Positions 1 to 9,664 of a stretch of 64,000 bases of DNA are shown here, one piece after another. The notes below the pieces were generated by a model. It had not been told where the DNA came from. It saw only the letters and a program-made list of their open reading frames with translations, and did no database searches. A program made the translations under genes and the position numbers. The DNA is taken from the NCBI GenBank assembly GCA_965248265.1, contig CBDFJF010000002.1, forward strand, positions 2,592,001 through 2,656,000. Reading direction: 5' to 3'. The stretch is from Candidatus Latescibacterota bacterium (GTDB lineage Bacteria > Latescibacterota > UBA2968 > UBA8231). Positions within the stretch are counted from its first letter, which is position 1. Every line of letters starts with the position of its first letter.

Positions 1-2
1 GC

Positions 3-269
3 GCCTTCGGTGAGCATACCTTCACCGAGGTGCGGACGGAAAGCGCGGAAGAGGGCGCAAGTCCGACGGTGACGGCCGTCAATGGTCAGTACGTGGCCGT
101 CGAATTGCCGCCATCGGCACAGGTCCGTCTCGATGCTGGCCTGTCCCGCTTCAGTAACAAGCCCAGCTACGCCTTCCCCTGGCACGGCGGCGAGATCCCG
201 ATTCCGTTTCCGGTAGACCCCGGCGCGGAAGGCCGTTCGGGATCGGCCTACATAGCACCGAAGAGTTGA
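3..269 (+). CDS. 3' end of an uncharacterised 'AFPW-terminal' family protein (paralog 1, partial)
   Basis: Frame open from the window edge: AFGEHTFTEV...VELPPSAQVRLDAGLSRFSNKPSYAFPWHG, matching the C-termini of 4289..6328, 6340..8310 and 25801..27767. Confidence 0.85.
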   Translation, partial: AFGEHTFTEVRTESAEEGASPTVTAVNGQYVAVELPPSAQVRLDAGLSRFSNKPSYAFPWHGGEIPIPFPVDPGAEGRSGSAYIAPKS

Positions 270-2311
270 TGCCGCCGCCCACCTCGCCGGGCCGGTGGAC
301 GCCGCAGGAGATGATGCGGGTCCGGCAGGTGGGTGACGTGCAGGTTTCGTCCGACGGCCGGCGTGTCCTCTTCACGGTTACGATGGCCGTGACAGGGGAG
401 TGGCCGGATGATGAAGGCGCACGCGCCTCGGGCCGTTCCCGGCAGACTTCGAAGGCAGGCGTTTCCAGTTCGCCTCGAGGGTACTCAACCCACATCCACC
501 TGGCTGAAGCCGACGGCACCACATCCGTCCAGCTCACCTTCGGCGATCATTCGACGGTGCGTCCGAGCTGGTCCCCCGACGGAGAGCGGGTCTGCTTTGT
601 TTCAGACCGTCTCGGCAGCAGAGATCTCTACGTGCTGCCGCTGGCCGGAGGCGAAGCCCTGCAACTGACAGCTACGGCGAATGGCGTGGGCAACTACAAG
701 TGGTCACCCGATGGCAGATTCGTCGCCTTCACCACGGAAGACGTGAAACAGGACGGCGCTCGTCACACCCGCGGTGAGGCGCGGGTGATCGGCACCAGCT
801 CGGCGATGAATCACCTGTGGATTGTTGCGGTCGATGCGTTCCCTATCCCGGCCGAACCCAGGCGACTCACCCAAGGCGATTTCAACGTCGACCCGGATTT
901 TCCCGAAGGCTTCAACTGGTCACCCGATGGCAGCACCATCGCCTTCTCCCACTCTCCGACCCCGCAGGAAGGCAACCGCTGGCCCGTCTTCGGTGACATC
1001 TCGACCGTCGGGGTGGCGAGTGGAGCGGTGGAATGCATAGTCGAGACGGACGCTACGTCCTTCGGGCCTGTGTACTCCCCCGACGGCGAATGGTTGGCCT
1101 ACGCTCATGTCGAACGTCCGACATGGCCGGGTATCGGTGACCTCTGCATCGTGCCGGCCTCCGGCGGGGAGTCTAGACGGCTGCACGCCACCTTCGACCG
1201 CAAGCCGCTGCCGCTGGGTTGGTCGGCCGAGGGAGACCGGATCTACTACATCGATACCCTTCGGACTTTCGCGCGGGTCGGCGCCTTGCCGGCCGACGGC
1301 AGCCAACCCCAAGACTTGGGGCCGCAGGACCGGGTTCTCTCCAGCGCATACCTGAATCACACACGCACCCACATCGGTTGCGTCTTCGAGGACCTGGAGA
1401 GCCCTCCTGAGGCATTCGTGCTGGAGCTGGAGAATCAGCCGTCCCACACACAATCTCCTGACCGATTGTCTGCGGCGCTGCGGCAGGCAAGCACGGCAAA
1501 CTCAGGACTGGCGGATCATCCACTGGGACGTACTTCATTAATCACGTGGGAATCCACGGATGGGGAGGAGGTCGAGGGATTGCTGACGTATCCCGTCGAC
1601 TACGAACCGGGCAGAGCCTGCCCGTTGATCGTGGATCTTCACGGTGGCCCGCACTGGTTCTTCTCCCAGGTATTCGTCGCCAATCCGCAGCCATACCAGT
1701 TTCCGCTCGCCGCCTTCGCCGCCTCAGGCTACGCCGTACTGCGCTGCAACATCCGTGGATCCGGCGGGTACGGCCCCGAGTTTCGCTTCGCCGTGATGGA
1801 GGATCTTGGGGGCGTCGATTTCGATGACGTCACGGCGGGAGTGGATTATGTGATCGAGATCGGGGTGGCTGATCCCGAGCGCCTCGGGATTCTGGGTTGG
1901 AGCTACGGCGCCTACCTCAGCGCCTGGGCGATGACGCAGACGAGCCGCTTCAAAGCGGCCTGCATGCTGGCGCCGGTTACCAACCTGATCAGCTTCACAG
2001 GCACGACGGACAACCACGAGTTGCTGCCGGGCTACCTGAGAACAGAACACTGGGATGATCCCGCACTCTTTCTCTCGCGCTCGCCGGTGATGCAGGCCAG
2101 TGGCGTGACCACCCCCGCTCTGTTTCTGCACGGTGAGGCAGACACCCGGGTCCCGATATCACAGTCTTTCGAGTTGTACGATGCGCTGCGGCAACAGGGA
2201 TGTGAGGCGCAGATGGTCGCCTACCCGCGTATGGGGCACGTGCCTGTCGAGTCCGATCATCTCCTGGATATCATGGAGCGGACGCTGGCCTGGTTCGATC
2301 GGTTTCTGTGA
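266..2311 (+). CDS. S9 family peptidase (dipeptidyl aminopeptidase/acylaminoacyl peptidase)
   Basis: WSPDG beta-propeller repeats, HGGP, NIRGSGGYG, catalytic GWSYG, HGEADTRVP and a C-terminal GH. Confidence 0.92.
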   Translation: MMPPPTSPGRWTPQEMMRVRQVGDVQVSSDGRRVLFTVTMAVTGEWPDDEGARASGRSRQTSKAGVSSSPRGYSTHIHLAEADGTTSVQLTFGDHSTVRPSWSPDGERVCFVSDRLGSRDLYVLPLAGGEALQLTATANGVGNYKWSPDGRFVAFTTEDVKQDGARHTRGEARVIGTSSAMNHLWIVAVDAFPIPAEPRRLTQGDFNVDPDFPEGFNWSPDGSTIAFSHSPTPQEGNRWPVFGDISTVGVASGAVECIVETDATSFGPVYSPDGEWLAYAHVERPTWPGIGDLCIVPASGGESRRLHATFDRKPLPLGWSAEGDRIYYIDTLRTFARVGALPADGSQPQDLGPQDRVLSSAYLNHTRTHIGCVFEDLESPPEAFVLELENQPSHTQSPDRLSAALRQASTANSGLADHPLGRTSLITWESTDGEEVEGLLTYPVDYEPGRACPLIVDLHGGPHWFFSQVFVANPQPYQFPLAAFAASGYAVLRCNIRGSGGYGPEFRFAVMEDLGGVDFDDVTAGVDYVIEIGVADPERLGILGWSYGAYLSAWAMTQTSRFKAACMLAPVTNLISFTGTTDNHELLPGYLRTEHWDDPALFLSRSPVMQASGVTTPALFLHGEADTRVPISQSFELYDALRQQGCEAQMVAYPRMGHVPVESDHLLDIMERTLAWFDRFL

Positions 2312-2337
2312 TGTCAACCTATTTCTGAGACGGGACA

Positions 2338-3351
2338 CTAACTCCACGCGGAGATTTCGTCGCGCAGCTCCTTGGAGATGCCCTCGTCGCGGGCGCGGAT
2401 GGCGTTGTCGATGTGGGCGATGGTGCGGGCACCGACAAGTACCGAGGTGATGTCGGAATTGCCCAGGACCCAAGACATGGCCAGGTAGACCATGGACTCG
2501 TTCAGCTCGCTGGCCTTCTCCCGCAGTCGTTCCAGCACGCGGAAATTGCGATCGCTGAAATAGACGTCGGCGTGCGCGGGAGAGATGTCGAAGCGAGTCC
2601 CCTTCGGGAAGTTGTGGCGCTCTTCAGTCCGTTCGTACTTCCCCGACAGGAATCCCGCTGCCAGCGGGCTGTAGGTCAGCGTCGCGATCTTCTCGCGCCT
2701 GCACAGGGGTAACAATTCTGGCTCGATGCTGCGATCGCCCAGACTGTACGGCGGTTCGATGACCTCAAACCGGGGGTATCCCTTTTCGCGGCTGACGTCG
2801 ACTGCCTCCTGAACCTGCGCGGCCGAGTGATTGCTGCAGCCGATCGCCTTGAGGTGGCCGGCGCTGACCTGTTCGTCGAGGGCGTCGAGGGTTTCTTCCA
2901 GCGGTACTTCGGCATCGTGATCGTGCAACATGTAGATGTCAATCTGATCGATCATCAGTCGGTCCAGGCTTGCCTGGACCTGTGTTCTGATGTTTTCGGC
3001 ACTGTTGCCGCTGCTGACCTTAGTACACAGCAGCACCTCGTCACGGCAGCCGCGATCCTTCATCCAGCGGGCGATGATTTTTTCTCCCGAGTACATCTCC
3101 GTCGTTACTTCGCGGACGTCGTCAACGCCGTAGTACGACTTGCGTCCGGCCTGCGAGTTACCCCCTCCATACGCCTCGGCGGTATCGAGGAGGTTGATGC
3201 CCTGTTCCAGAGAGTAGTCGAGGAGTTGCCAGGACATCTCTTCGTCGATCTCTCGGCCAAAGGTGCCCGAGCCGAGAGACAGTCTACCGGTAGTCATGCC
3301 GCTACGTCCGAGCGGTTCCTGAGGATTCGTCGATCGTGCCAAAGAATTCAC
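2338..3351 (-). CDS. Aldo/keto reductase
   Basis: LDTAEAYG, CTKV, IDIYMLH, IGCSNH and YSPLAAGFLSGKY motifs. Confidence 0.92.
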   Translation of the reverse strand: MNSLARSTNPQEPLGRSGMTTGRLSLGSGTFGREIDEEMSWQLLDYSLEQGINLLDTAEAYGGGNSQAGRKSYYGVDDVREVTTEMYSGEKIIARWMKDRGCRDEVLLCTKVSSGNSAENIRTQVQASLDRLMIDQIDIYMLHDHDAEVPLEETLDALDEQVSAGHLKAIGCSNHSAAQVQEAVDVSREKGYPRFEVIEPPYSLGDRSIEPELLPLCRREKIATLTYSPLAAGFLSGKYERTEERHNFPKGTRFDISPAHADVYFSDRNFRVLERLREKASELNESMVYLAMSWVLGNSDITSVLVGARTIAHIDNAIRARDEGISKELRDEISAWS

Positions 3352-3439
3352 TCTCCTTGAATCAGTTGGAGGTCAGCGCCAGGTCGATCCCGATCTGAGT
3401 CGCGATATCTGCAGGCCTCGGCATTGACCAGGCCGGTTC

Positions 3440-4276
3440 TTACTCGACCCAGTGGTTGTACAGAGGTTTGGCGCTTTCTGCCAGGTTGTCGAATGCCTGC
3501 TGTGAAAGCAACGGCACGCCGCGTTGTGGATTTCCGGACAAGCTCACGAGATCTTCGCGCAGGCCGGGACCCGGCCGGAACATGTCGAGGTTGAGCCACC
3601 AGGGTGCGTAGCGGATGGCGATGGCAACCCGTCTTTCGCTCGATGAGTTGACGTTGGGGCTGTGCCACATACGGCTGTCGAACATGACGACATCACCGGC
3701 GTTGCCAGTTACCAGGTATTCCGTGGGGTAGGGCGAGGTCGGGTCTACGCCAATATCGGAGGTAGGGTTGTTCGTCGTGCGGTGGCTGCCGGGGACAACC
3801 AGGGTACCGCCGTTCTCCTCCGTGAACGGGGACAACATGAACAAGGTTGTCAGGTGTATGCAGGCATCCGGGTAGGGTGCAGGTATGCGGCCGGCGTTGT
3901 TCTGGTTGAACGGCACATCGGCGTGCCAAGCGCCGCGGGGTTTACCCGGCTCATTGATTGTGGCCGAGGTATTGGAAATCCGGATAGGCGGTCCCCACAG
4001 GGCCTCGGCAAGTTCAATGATCCTCGAATCCCCCACGTAATCGGTGAAGGATTGGTCGAAGGCAGCCAATCCAGCCAGGTGGCTGACCCCTAGATAGGTC
4101 TCCGGGTTTTCTTTGAAATGCTGGTCAGTCGTAGCGGCGACGCTGTCTCTAACGCTCTCCACCTTGTCAGCAGGAATGACTGCGTCGAACATGCAGAAGC
4201 CGTCGGTCTGAAGTTGCCTCAACCGCTCAGCCGTAGCCACCTCACTGACCGTTGGGTTCGGTGATTGGTTGGACAT
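3440..4276 (-). CDS. Phytanoyl-CoA dioxygenase (PhyH) family Fe(II)/2OG oxygenase
   Basis: WHAD (HxD), NGGTLVVPGSH, GDVVMFDSRMWH, distal R. Confidence 0.9.
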   Translation of the reverse strand: MSNQSPNPTVSEVATAERLRQLQTDGFCMFDAVIPADKVESVRDSVAATTDQHFKENPETYLGVSHLAGLAAFDQSFTDYVGDSRIIELAEALWGPPIRISNTSATINEPGKPRGAWHADVPFNQNNAGRIPAPYPDACIHLTTLFMLSPFTEENGGTLVVPGSHRTTNNPTSDIGVDPTSPYPTEYLVTGNAGDVVMFDSRMWHSPNVNSSSERRVAIAIRYAPWWLNLDMFRPGPGLREDLVSLSGNPQRGVPLLSQQAFDNLAESAKPLYNHWVE

Positions 4277-4288
4277 CCTTCCTGCCTC

Positions 4289-6328
4289 CTACTCGATTGG
4301 AACAGCGTCCCCGTGCCAGGGGAAGGCGTAGCTCGGATCGTTGGCGAAGCGCTTGAGACCGCAATCCAGCCGCACCGAGGTCATCGGCGGCAGGCTAACG
4401 GAGAAATGCTTGCCATCCACCTTCGCCGTATCCTCGGTCGAGCTTTTTTCCGAGCGCGCCCGCCTGTTCGGATTGAGATCGTCATTGCTCAGCGCCGTAC
4501 CTGAACTCTTGACGCTGGTGAATGAGTGCTCGCTGAAAGCACCCGACTGGACAATCAGATTACGGGTGTCGCTGTGACTCGTGTTAACCAGCTGTATCCC
4601 CAGACCATCAGCAGAAAGCTCATCGACGAGCGCGGCGACGTCCGGCGGTAGCCCCGGCCGGGTCGCGTCGCTGTCGAAGTAGCGGACGTTGGCACGCAAT
4701 ATACCCCCATTGTAGAGCTGCGCCGGAGAACCCATCGTCGTCTGCACCAGTCCCTTGATGATGACGGGATTCGGCGGCCAGGCGTTCTCTTCTATGATTT
4801 CCTGGACCGTGCGGGTGTCGCGCTGCATGCCTTCCAGGTGGTCGGCGACCAGCTGGTAGTCGGCCCGCAGGCACTCGGCCGGCCAGTCCGGGTTCTTGCC
4901 GTCGTAGTACTGGAAGCGGGCGCCCTCGCAGCGGGCCCCCCCGCGATCACCGATCTGGGGAAGCTCGTTCCAGTCTGTGGCGCTGCCGTCGCGGACCCGC
5001 GTCACCAGCTCGTAGTCATCCGCCGACATCGACTCGTGCCACAGGTTCACCAGGTGGGTTGGGCCACCCCGGACTGTGAATTCCTGATAGCTGTACCAGC
5101 CATCGGGGCCATGGCTCTTGGGGACGACCAGGGCGCCATCCTCCGTTTTTGCCCTGTCCAGGAGTGCGACGATTTGAGAACGGAGGACCTCCAGATACTC
5201 GTCATCGCCGCTGAGCAGATGGGCGCACTGGGCGCCGACGATGAGGCCGAGAAAGAGTCGATCGGCCGCGCCCTCACTGCTGCTCCAGCCGTGCAGACCA
5301 CCCCACCACTGGCCATCGCGCTGCTCGCCGACTTTGCCCGTGGGCCCGACGTTGTCGGGTGTGACGCCGTCGTTCTTGCGAATGCGGTCTATCCAACTGG
5401 CCACGTAGTCGAGGACCCACTTCTTGTACTTCTCATCACCGGTGTAGAGGTAGGCGTTGGTCACCAGTGCCGTCGAGACCATGCCGGCGGGTTCATCTCC
5501 TTGTAAGGCCATCTTGTCGAAGATGTCGAGAATCTCCTCGCGTCGCGCCTCGTCTTCGTACCAACGCGGCTCGAGTTCCTTGATCACGGGGTAAAGGAAA
5601 TGGGGTGTCAGCGGCTCCTTGCTGGGGTTGTCCTGCAGGACGTTGCGATGGCCGAAGTCGCCGAGCGAGCCGCGGTCGAGCCAGTGCCTGACCAAATGCA
5701 CGTGATCGGAGACCGTGCCGCCCCGTTGGACGATGTTCGAGTGCTGGCGCGAGGAGGTCATAGGCCCGGCGCCGCCGTGCAAAGGAGAGCGGAAGACCCC
5801 GTGCTCCGGGTCGAAGTTGGGAGCCTTGGGGTCTTCGCCGATGTACATCGCTGCGAATCGCCGCGCGCGCTCCCGATTCGACGGGTTCGTCGGGTCGGCG
5901 ACGCCGAAGTCGTAGAGCATCTGGTTGCCCTCGCCCATGTGGAACCAGTCGGCGTTGAAGGGGACGCTCAGGTTCCAGTACTCGTTGCGCAGCTGGGGCA
6001 TGTACATCGGGTGCATCGGGTCTTCATCGGTCAACTGACGCTCTTCACTGTAGAGCCAGGTGATGGCGTCCCACTCGCGCTTGGCGATGTGGAGGAAACG
6101 CTCGTCGCCGCCCAATGCGTACAGCATGGCGCGCATGGAGCGGCTCTCGTAGGCATCGTCGACGTCGAAGAAATGGTAAACCCGGCCATCGGAACGGGCG
6201 TAGCCCTCAGTGGCCATGTCGCCGGCCTTCTCGAGAATGCTGAACAGCTGGCGCTGTAGCAGCGCCCATTCGGGCGGCGGAGCGATGGTGGTTGCCGTGA
6301 TCGTAGGCATGCTCTTTTTCTTGGCCAT
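4289..6328 (-). CDS. Uncharacterised 'AFPW-terminal' family protein (paralog 2)
   Basis: 679 aa ORF: PPEWALLQR, DDAYE, DWFHMGEG, TNAYLYTGD, PDNVGPTG, RYFD...GLPPDVAALV, PSYAFPW. RBS-like AAGGA upstream. Confidence 0.88.
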   Translation of the reverse strand: MAKKKSMPTITATTIAPPPEWALLQRQLFSILEKAGDMATEGYARSDGRVYHFFDVDDAYESRSMRAMLYALGGDERFLHIAKREWDAITWLYSEERQLTDEDPMHPMYMPQLRNEYWNLSVPFNADWFHMGEGNQMLYDFGVADPTNPSNRERARRFAAMYIGEDPKAPNFDPEHGVFRSPLHGGAGPMTSSRQHSNIVQRGGTVSDHVHLVRHWLDRGSLGDFGHRNVLQDNPSKEPLTPHFLYPVIKELEPRWYEDEARREEILDIFDKMALQGDEPAGMVSTALVTNAYLYTGDEKYKKWVLDYVASWIDRIRKNDGVTPDNVGPTGKVGEQRDGQWWGGLHGWSSSEGAADRLFLGLIVGAQCAHLLSGDDEYLEVLRSQIVALLDRAKTEDGALVVPKSHGPDGWYSYQEFTVRGGPTHLVNLWHESMSADDYELVTRVRDGSATDWNELPQIGDRGGARCEGARFQYYDGKNPDWPAECLRADYQLVADHLEGMQRDTRTVQEIIEENAWPPNPVIIKGLVQTTMGSPAQLYNGGILRANVRYFDSDATRPGLPPDVAALVDELSADGLGIQLVNTSHSDTRNLIVQSGAFSEHSFTSVKSSGTALSNDDLNPNRRARSEKSSTEDTAKVDGKHFSVSLPPMTSVRLDCGLKRFANDPSYAFPWHGDAVPIE

Positions 6329-6339
6329 GGCTGGTTCCT

Positions 6340-8310
6340 TTACTGGAAGGGAATGGGGATGCTGTCCCCGTGCCAGGGGAAGGCATAACTCGGTTTGTTG
6401 ACGAACCGCCGCAAGCCGGCGTCGAGCCGGATGATCGTGGAAGGTGGCAGTTCCAGGCTGAAATACTTGCCGTCGACGGTAGCCGATTTGATTTCATCCT
6501 CACCGTCCGAGCGCACCTCCGTGAACTCGTGCTCGCCGAAGGCCCCTGCCTGCACGATCAGTCTGCGCGTTTCCGTTCGACTCATATTGGCGAACTGCAC
6601 CCCCGCGCCGTCGGCGCGTAACTCGTCTACGAGTACGGCGACATCCGGTGGCAGACCGGGTCGCATGCGGTCGGAGTCGAAGTAACGCATCGTAGCCCGC
6701 AGCATACCGCCGTGGTACATGTACTGAGGCGAACCGAACATCATATGCGTCAGCACCTTGGTGAAGACGGGATTGGGCGGCTCTTGATTGTCGGCGATGA
6801 TCTCGGCAACTGTCCTTACATCGGCTTCCAGTGTGTGGAAAGCATCCAAGGCCTGCTGGTACTGTAGCGTCAGCATCTTCTCTGGCCAGTTCGGATTCTT
6901 ACCGTCGTAGTACTGAAAGCGGCTGTACTCGCTGTCCCATTCCGCCCGTGAAGAGCCAATCTTCTCTTCGTTCCAGTCCCGCCTCACATCCCCGTCGCGC
7001 ACCTGCAGGATCAGGTCGTAATCTTCCTTGGCCATCGAGGCATGGTAGAGGTGGGCCAGCTCATACAGGCGCAGGTTGGTCGAAGAGGTGGCATCCCACT
7101 TGTTCGGCTCCACGTGAGCGTGGACGAAGCCATTGGCTGTGGCCCGGTTCGGGACCAGTAACTGTCCGTCGTCGCCCGTGATCGAGTTGTCGAGCAGCAT
7201 CTTCACCTGCGAACGGAGCAGCTCGAGGTAGCCGGCATCACCGGTTACCAGGTGGGCAGACTCGGCGGCAATGCCGACTGAGTGGAAGATGTGGCTCCAG
7301 CCGACGTAGCTGTTCCACCCGTACAGTGTACCCCACCATATGCCGTCGCGGAGTTCGCCGACCTTGCCCGTCGGTCCGACGTTGTCGGGGATGATACCGT
7401 TGTTGGCTTTGATTCGGTCCATCCAGGCCTCAACGTACTCGACGATCCAGTTTCTGTATTTCTCCTCACCGGTGTAGAGGAAGGCGTTGGTCACCAGGCC
7501 GGTGGCAGCCAGGTTGCAGGCCGAATCGCAGCCCATGACCAGCTTGTTGAAGATCTCCGTGATCTCCTTGGCGCGCTCTGGGCTCTCCCACCAGTTGGGC
7601 TCCAATTCTTTGACAGCCGGGTATATGGACGCCCGAACTCCCATTGTCTTGGGAACCCAATCCGGGTTGTCGCGGGGATATCCGCCCAGCAGGAAGCCTT
7701 TGACGTGGTCGACATCGCCGTATGACCACGGTCCCTGGCTGGTGCAGCAGGGAGAGCGGAAAACCTTGTGCACGGGGTCGTAGTTGGGTGCTTCCGGATC
7801 CTCACCTGTGAACATGTGGGCGAAGCGGCGTGCCCGGCGCACATTCTCGGAGATCGTGGGGTCTCCGAGGCCCAGATCGTGAAAGGCCATGTTGCCCTCA
7901 CCCATGTGGTGCCACTCGGCGTCTCCCGGGTTGGCCATGCTGAAGTATTCGTTGTGGATACTGTGCTTCAGCCTGTTGGGCCGGTTGGGATACTCCATGC
8001 AGTTGATGCGGTTGCCGTCGCGGTCATCGAACAGGCGCGTCGTGGCGTTCCAGTGCTTGAGCGCCATGTCCACGAGGCTCTCGTCGCCACCCATGTTGTA
8101 GAGGAGGCACCAGTTGTAGGTGCGCTCATAGTAATCATCCAGATCGTCGTACCAGTACCAGGCGCCGCCGCGCTCAGCGTACTTCTGGCTCATCTTGACG
8201 GCGCCGCGTTCCATCAACGAGATGATCTTGCGCTCGAGCAGGGCCCAGGTCGGAGGGGCTTCAATACGGGAGGCTGTCACGTTCGGCATGCTCGGCAGGG
8301 ATGCAGGCAT
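6340..8310 (-). CDS. Uncharacterised 'AFPW-terminal' family protein (paralog 3)
   Basis: 656 aa ORF in tandem with paralog 2 (11 bp gap). DDYYE, EWHHMGEG, IPDNVGPTG, PSYAFPW. AAGGAG RBS upstream. Confidence 0.88.
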   Translation of the reverse strand: MPASLPSMPNVTASRIEAPPTWALLERKIISLMERGAVKMSQKYAERGGAWYWYDDLDDYYERTYNWCLLYNMGGDESLVDMALKHWNATTRLFDDRDGNRINCMEYPNRPNRLKHSIHNEYFSMANPGDAEWHHMGEGNMAFHDLGLGDPTISENVRRARRFAHMFTGEDPEAPNYDPVHKVFRSPCCTSQGPWSYGDVDHVKGFLLGGYPRDNPDWVPKTMGVRASIYPAVKELEPNWWESPERAKEITEIFNKLVMGCDSACNLAATGLVTNAFLYTGEEKYRNWIVEYVEAWMDRIKANNGIIPDNVGPTGKVGELRDGIWWGTLYGWNSYVGWSHIFHSVGIAAESAHLVTGDAGYLELLRSQVKMLLDNSITGDDGQLLVPNRATANGFVHAHVEPNKWDATSSTNLRLYELAHLYHASMAKEDYDLILQVRDGDVRRDWNEEKIGSSRAEWDSEYSRFQYYDGKNPNWPEKMLTLQYQQALDAFHTLEADVRTVAEIIADNQEPPNPVFTKVLTHMMFGSPQYMYHGGMLRATMRYFDSDRMRPGLPPDVAVLVDELRADGAGVQFANMSRTETRRLIVQAGAFGEHEFTEVRSDGEDEIKSATVDGKYFSLELPPSTIIRLDAGLRRFVNKPSYAFPWHGDSIPIPFQ

Positions 8311-8686
8311 ACAAGACTCCTTATCGTTCCATGCAGATACGGATGTGACGAACGTTGGATGGCTCGAAGCGTCCGCTCCGAGGGTTGGATGTAAAGCTCG
8401 GCGCCCTCGTTGTCAACATCGCGTTGTGTGCACCCGTCCGATGTGAGCCGAGGCCGCTCTCGACCTGATGCGGGGGCAGACATACGACGGGCCCTACGCC
8501 CGCAAACGGGTCGAGGCCGTCGACGGACACTTTGGCACGTTCTGCGGTGTCGCTTACGCTGAGCCCTTTACCTCGATGCTGCCGCAGGTGTATGACCGCC
8601 TGCCGATTACCCCGAATACCCGTATCAAAGCCAGCGAGCCGAACAAGGAATGGCACGCTCGGGTGTGCAGGCTGCTGGCGGCGCAG

Positions 8687-9538
8687 CTACCCGTTTGAGC
8701 CGCCCCAGCGGCCGATACCGGCACTATCTTCGGCTGGGAGAGGGTAGAAGCGGTCGAAGAGATCGGGCAGGCCGAGATGGTGGCCAAGTTCGTGGGCCAT
8801 GGCACCTACGGTCTGCCCGTAGTTCCCCTCGCGGAGGACTGAACCACCACTCGAGTGCCCGAGGATTCGGATGGGTTGACCCTCGGGGTCAAGATCCTGA
8901 GACAGGAAGGGATCGCCCAGGCCTAGTCCGGCGATTCCTGTGGCGTTGGCGATGAAGAACCAGGCAGGGGTTGATGCCACGTTGACGAAAATGTAGTCGA
9001 CGAAGCCATCGTCGTCGCCGGAGTTCGGCAAGCCGTCGTCGCCATCGTTGTCGAACTGGCCAAAGTCGACGTCGTCGTCCGCCTGTCGCAGAATCTCGCG
9101 AACGAACTCGCCGTAACGGCCCCGCTGGTCAGCGGCAGAGGCGACGTAGGCGGATTCAGGACCATCCGATTAGTAACGACGGGACAGCACGGCACCTTCT
9201 ACTATGAACTGGCCTAAAGACATGGTGTCGTAGTAATGGGATAGGCTGCCAGCTCGCCTCCGGTCTAACAGATTATCCGCAAAGCTGGGTACGGGGGGAA
9301 CCGGGTGATTGCGCTGATCAAACGCGGCAAATATGACCAGAGCGTCCAAGCTGCGAGGAGCAGGGGCGGCAAGCCGCTTAGCGGCGGACACGTCGATCGT
9401 ACCGGCGCAGACGAATCCGGTCTCTCCATACGCGGACTGCACGCAAAGCAGCATGACTGCCAGCGATAAGATCAATGCACCCATCTTGATCGGGAAAATC
9501 CAAACTCTCATACTTATCAACTTATGGAAGTGTGACAC
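8687..9538 (-). pseudogene. M6 family (immune inhibitor A-like) metalloprotease, in-frame stop and truncated
   Basis: Signal-peptide-like N-terminus, SLSHYYDTMSLGQF. TAA at 9170-9172, after which the same frame continues DFGQFDNDGDDG...DGFVDYIF...AHELGHHLGLPDL...GIGRW and then ends prematurely. Confidence 0.8.
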
Positions 9539-9664
9539 CGGCGCATCCTGACACTCGATAGACCATAACCGCTAACGATGTCCCTATTCCGACGAGAGGT
9601 CCCTAGGCAGCTGAACGGCCCGGGGTAATACAATATGGAAGGCCCCGAGTGATGGTACCGACTT

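Noticed and set aside
9170-9172. Possible stop-codon readthrough or recoding in the M6 protease
   Set aside because: The stop is TAA (not a Sec/Pyl codon), TAA terminates other genes here, and the gene is also truncated downstream.
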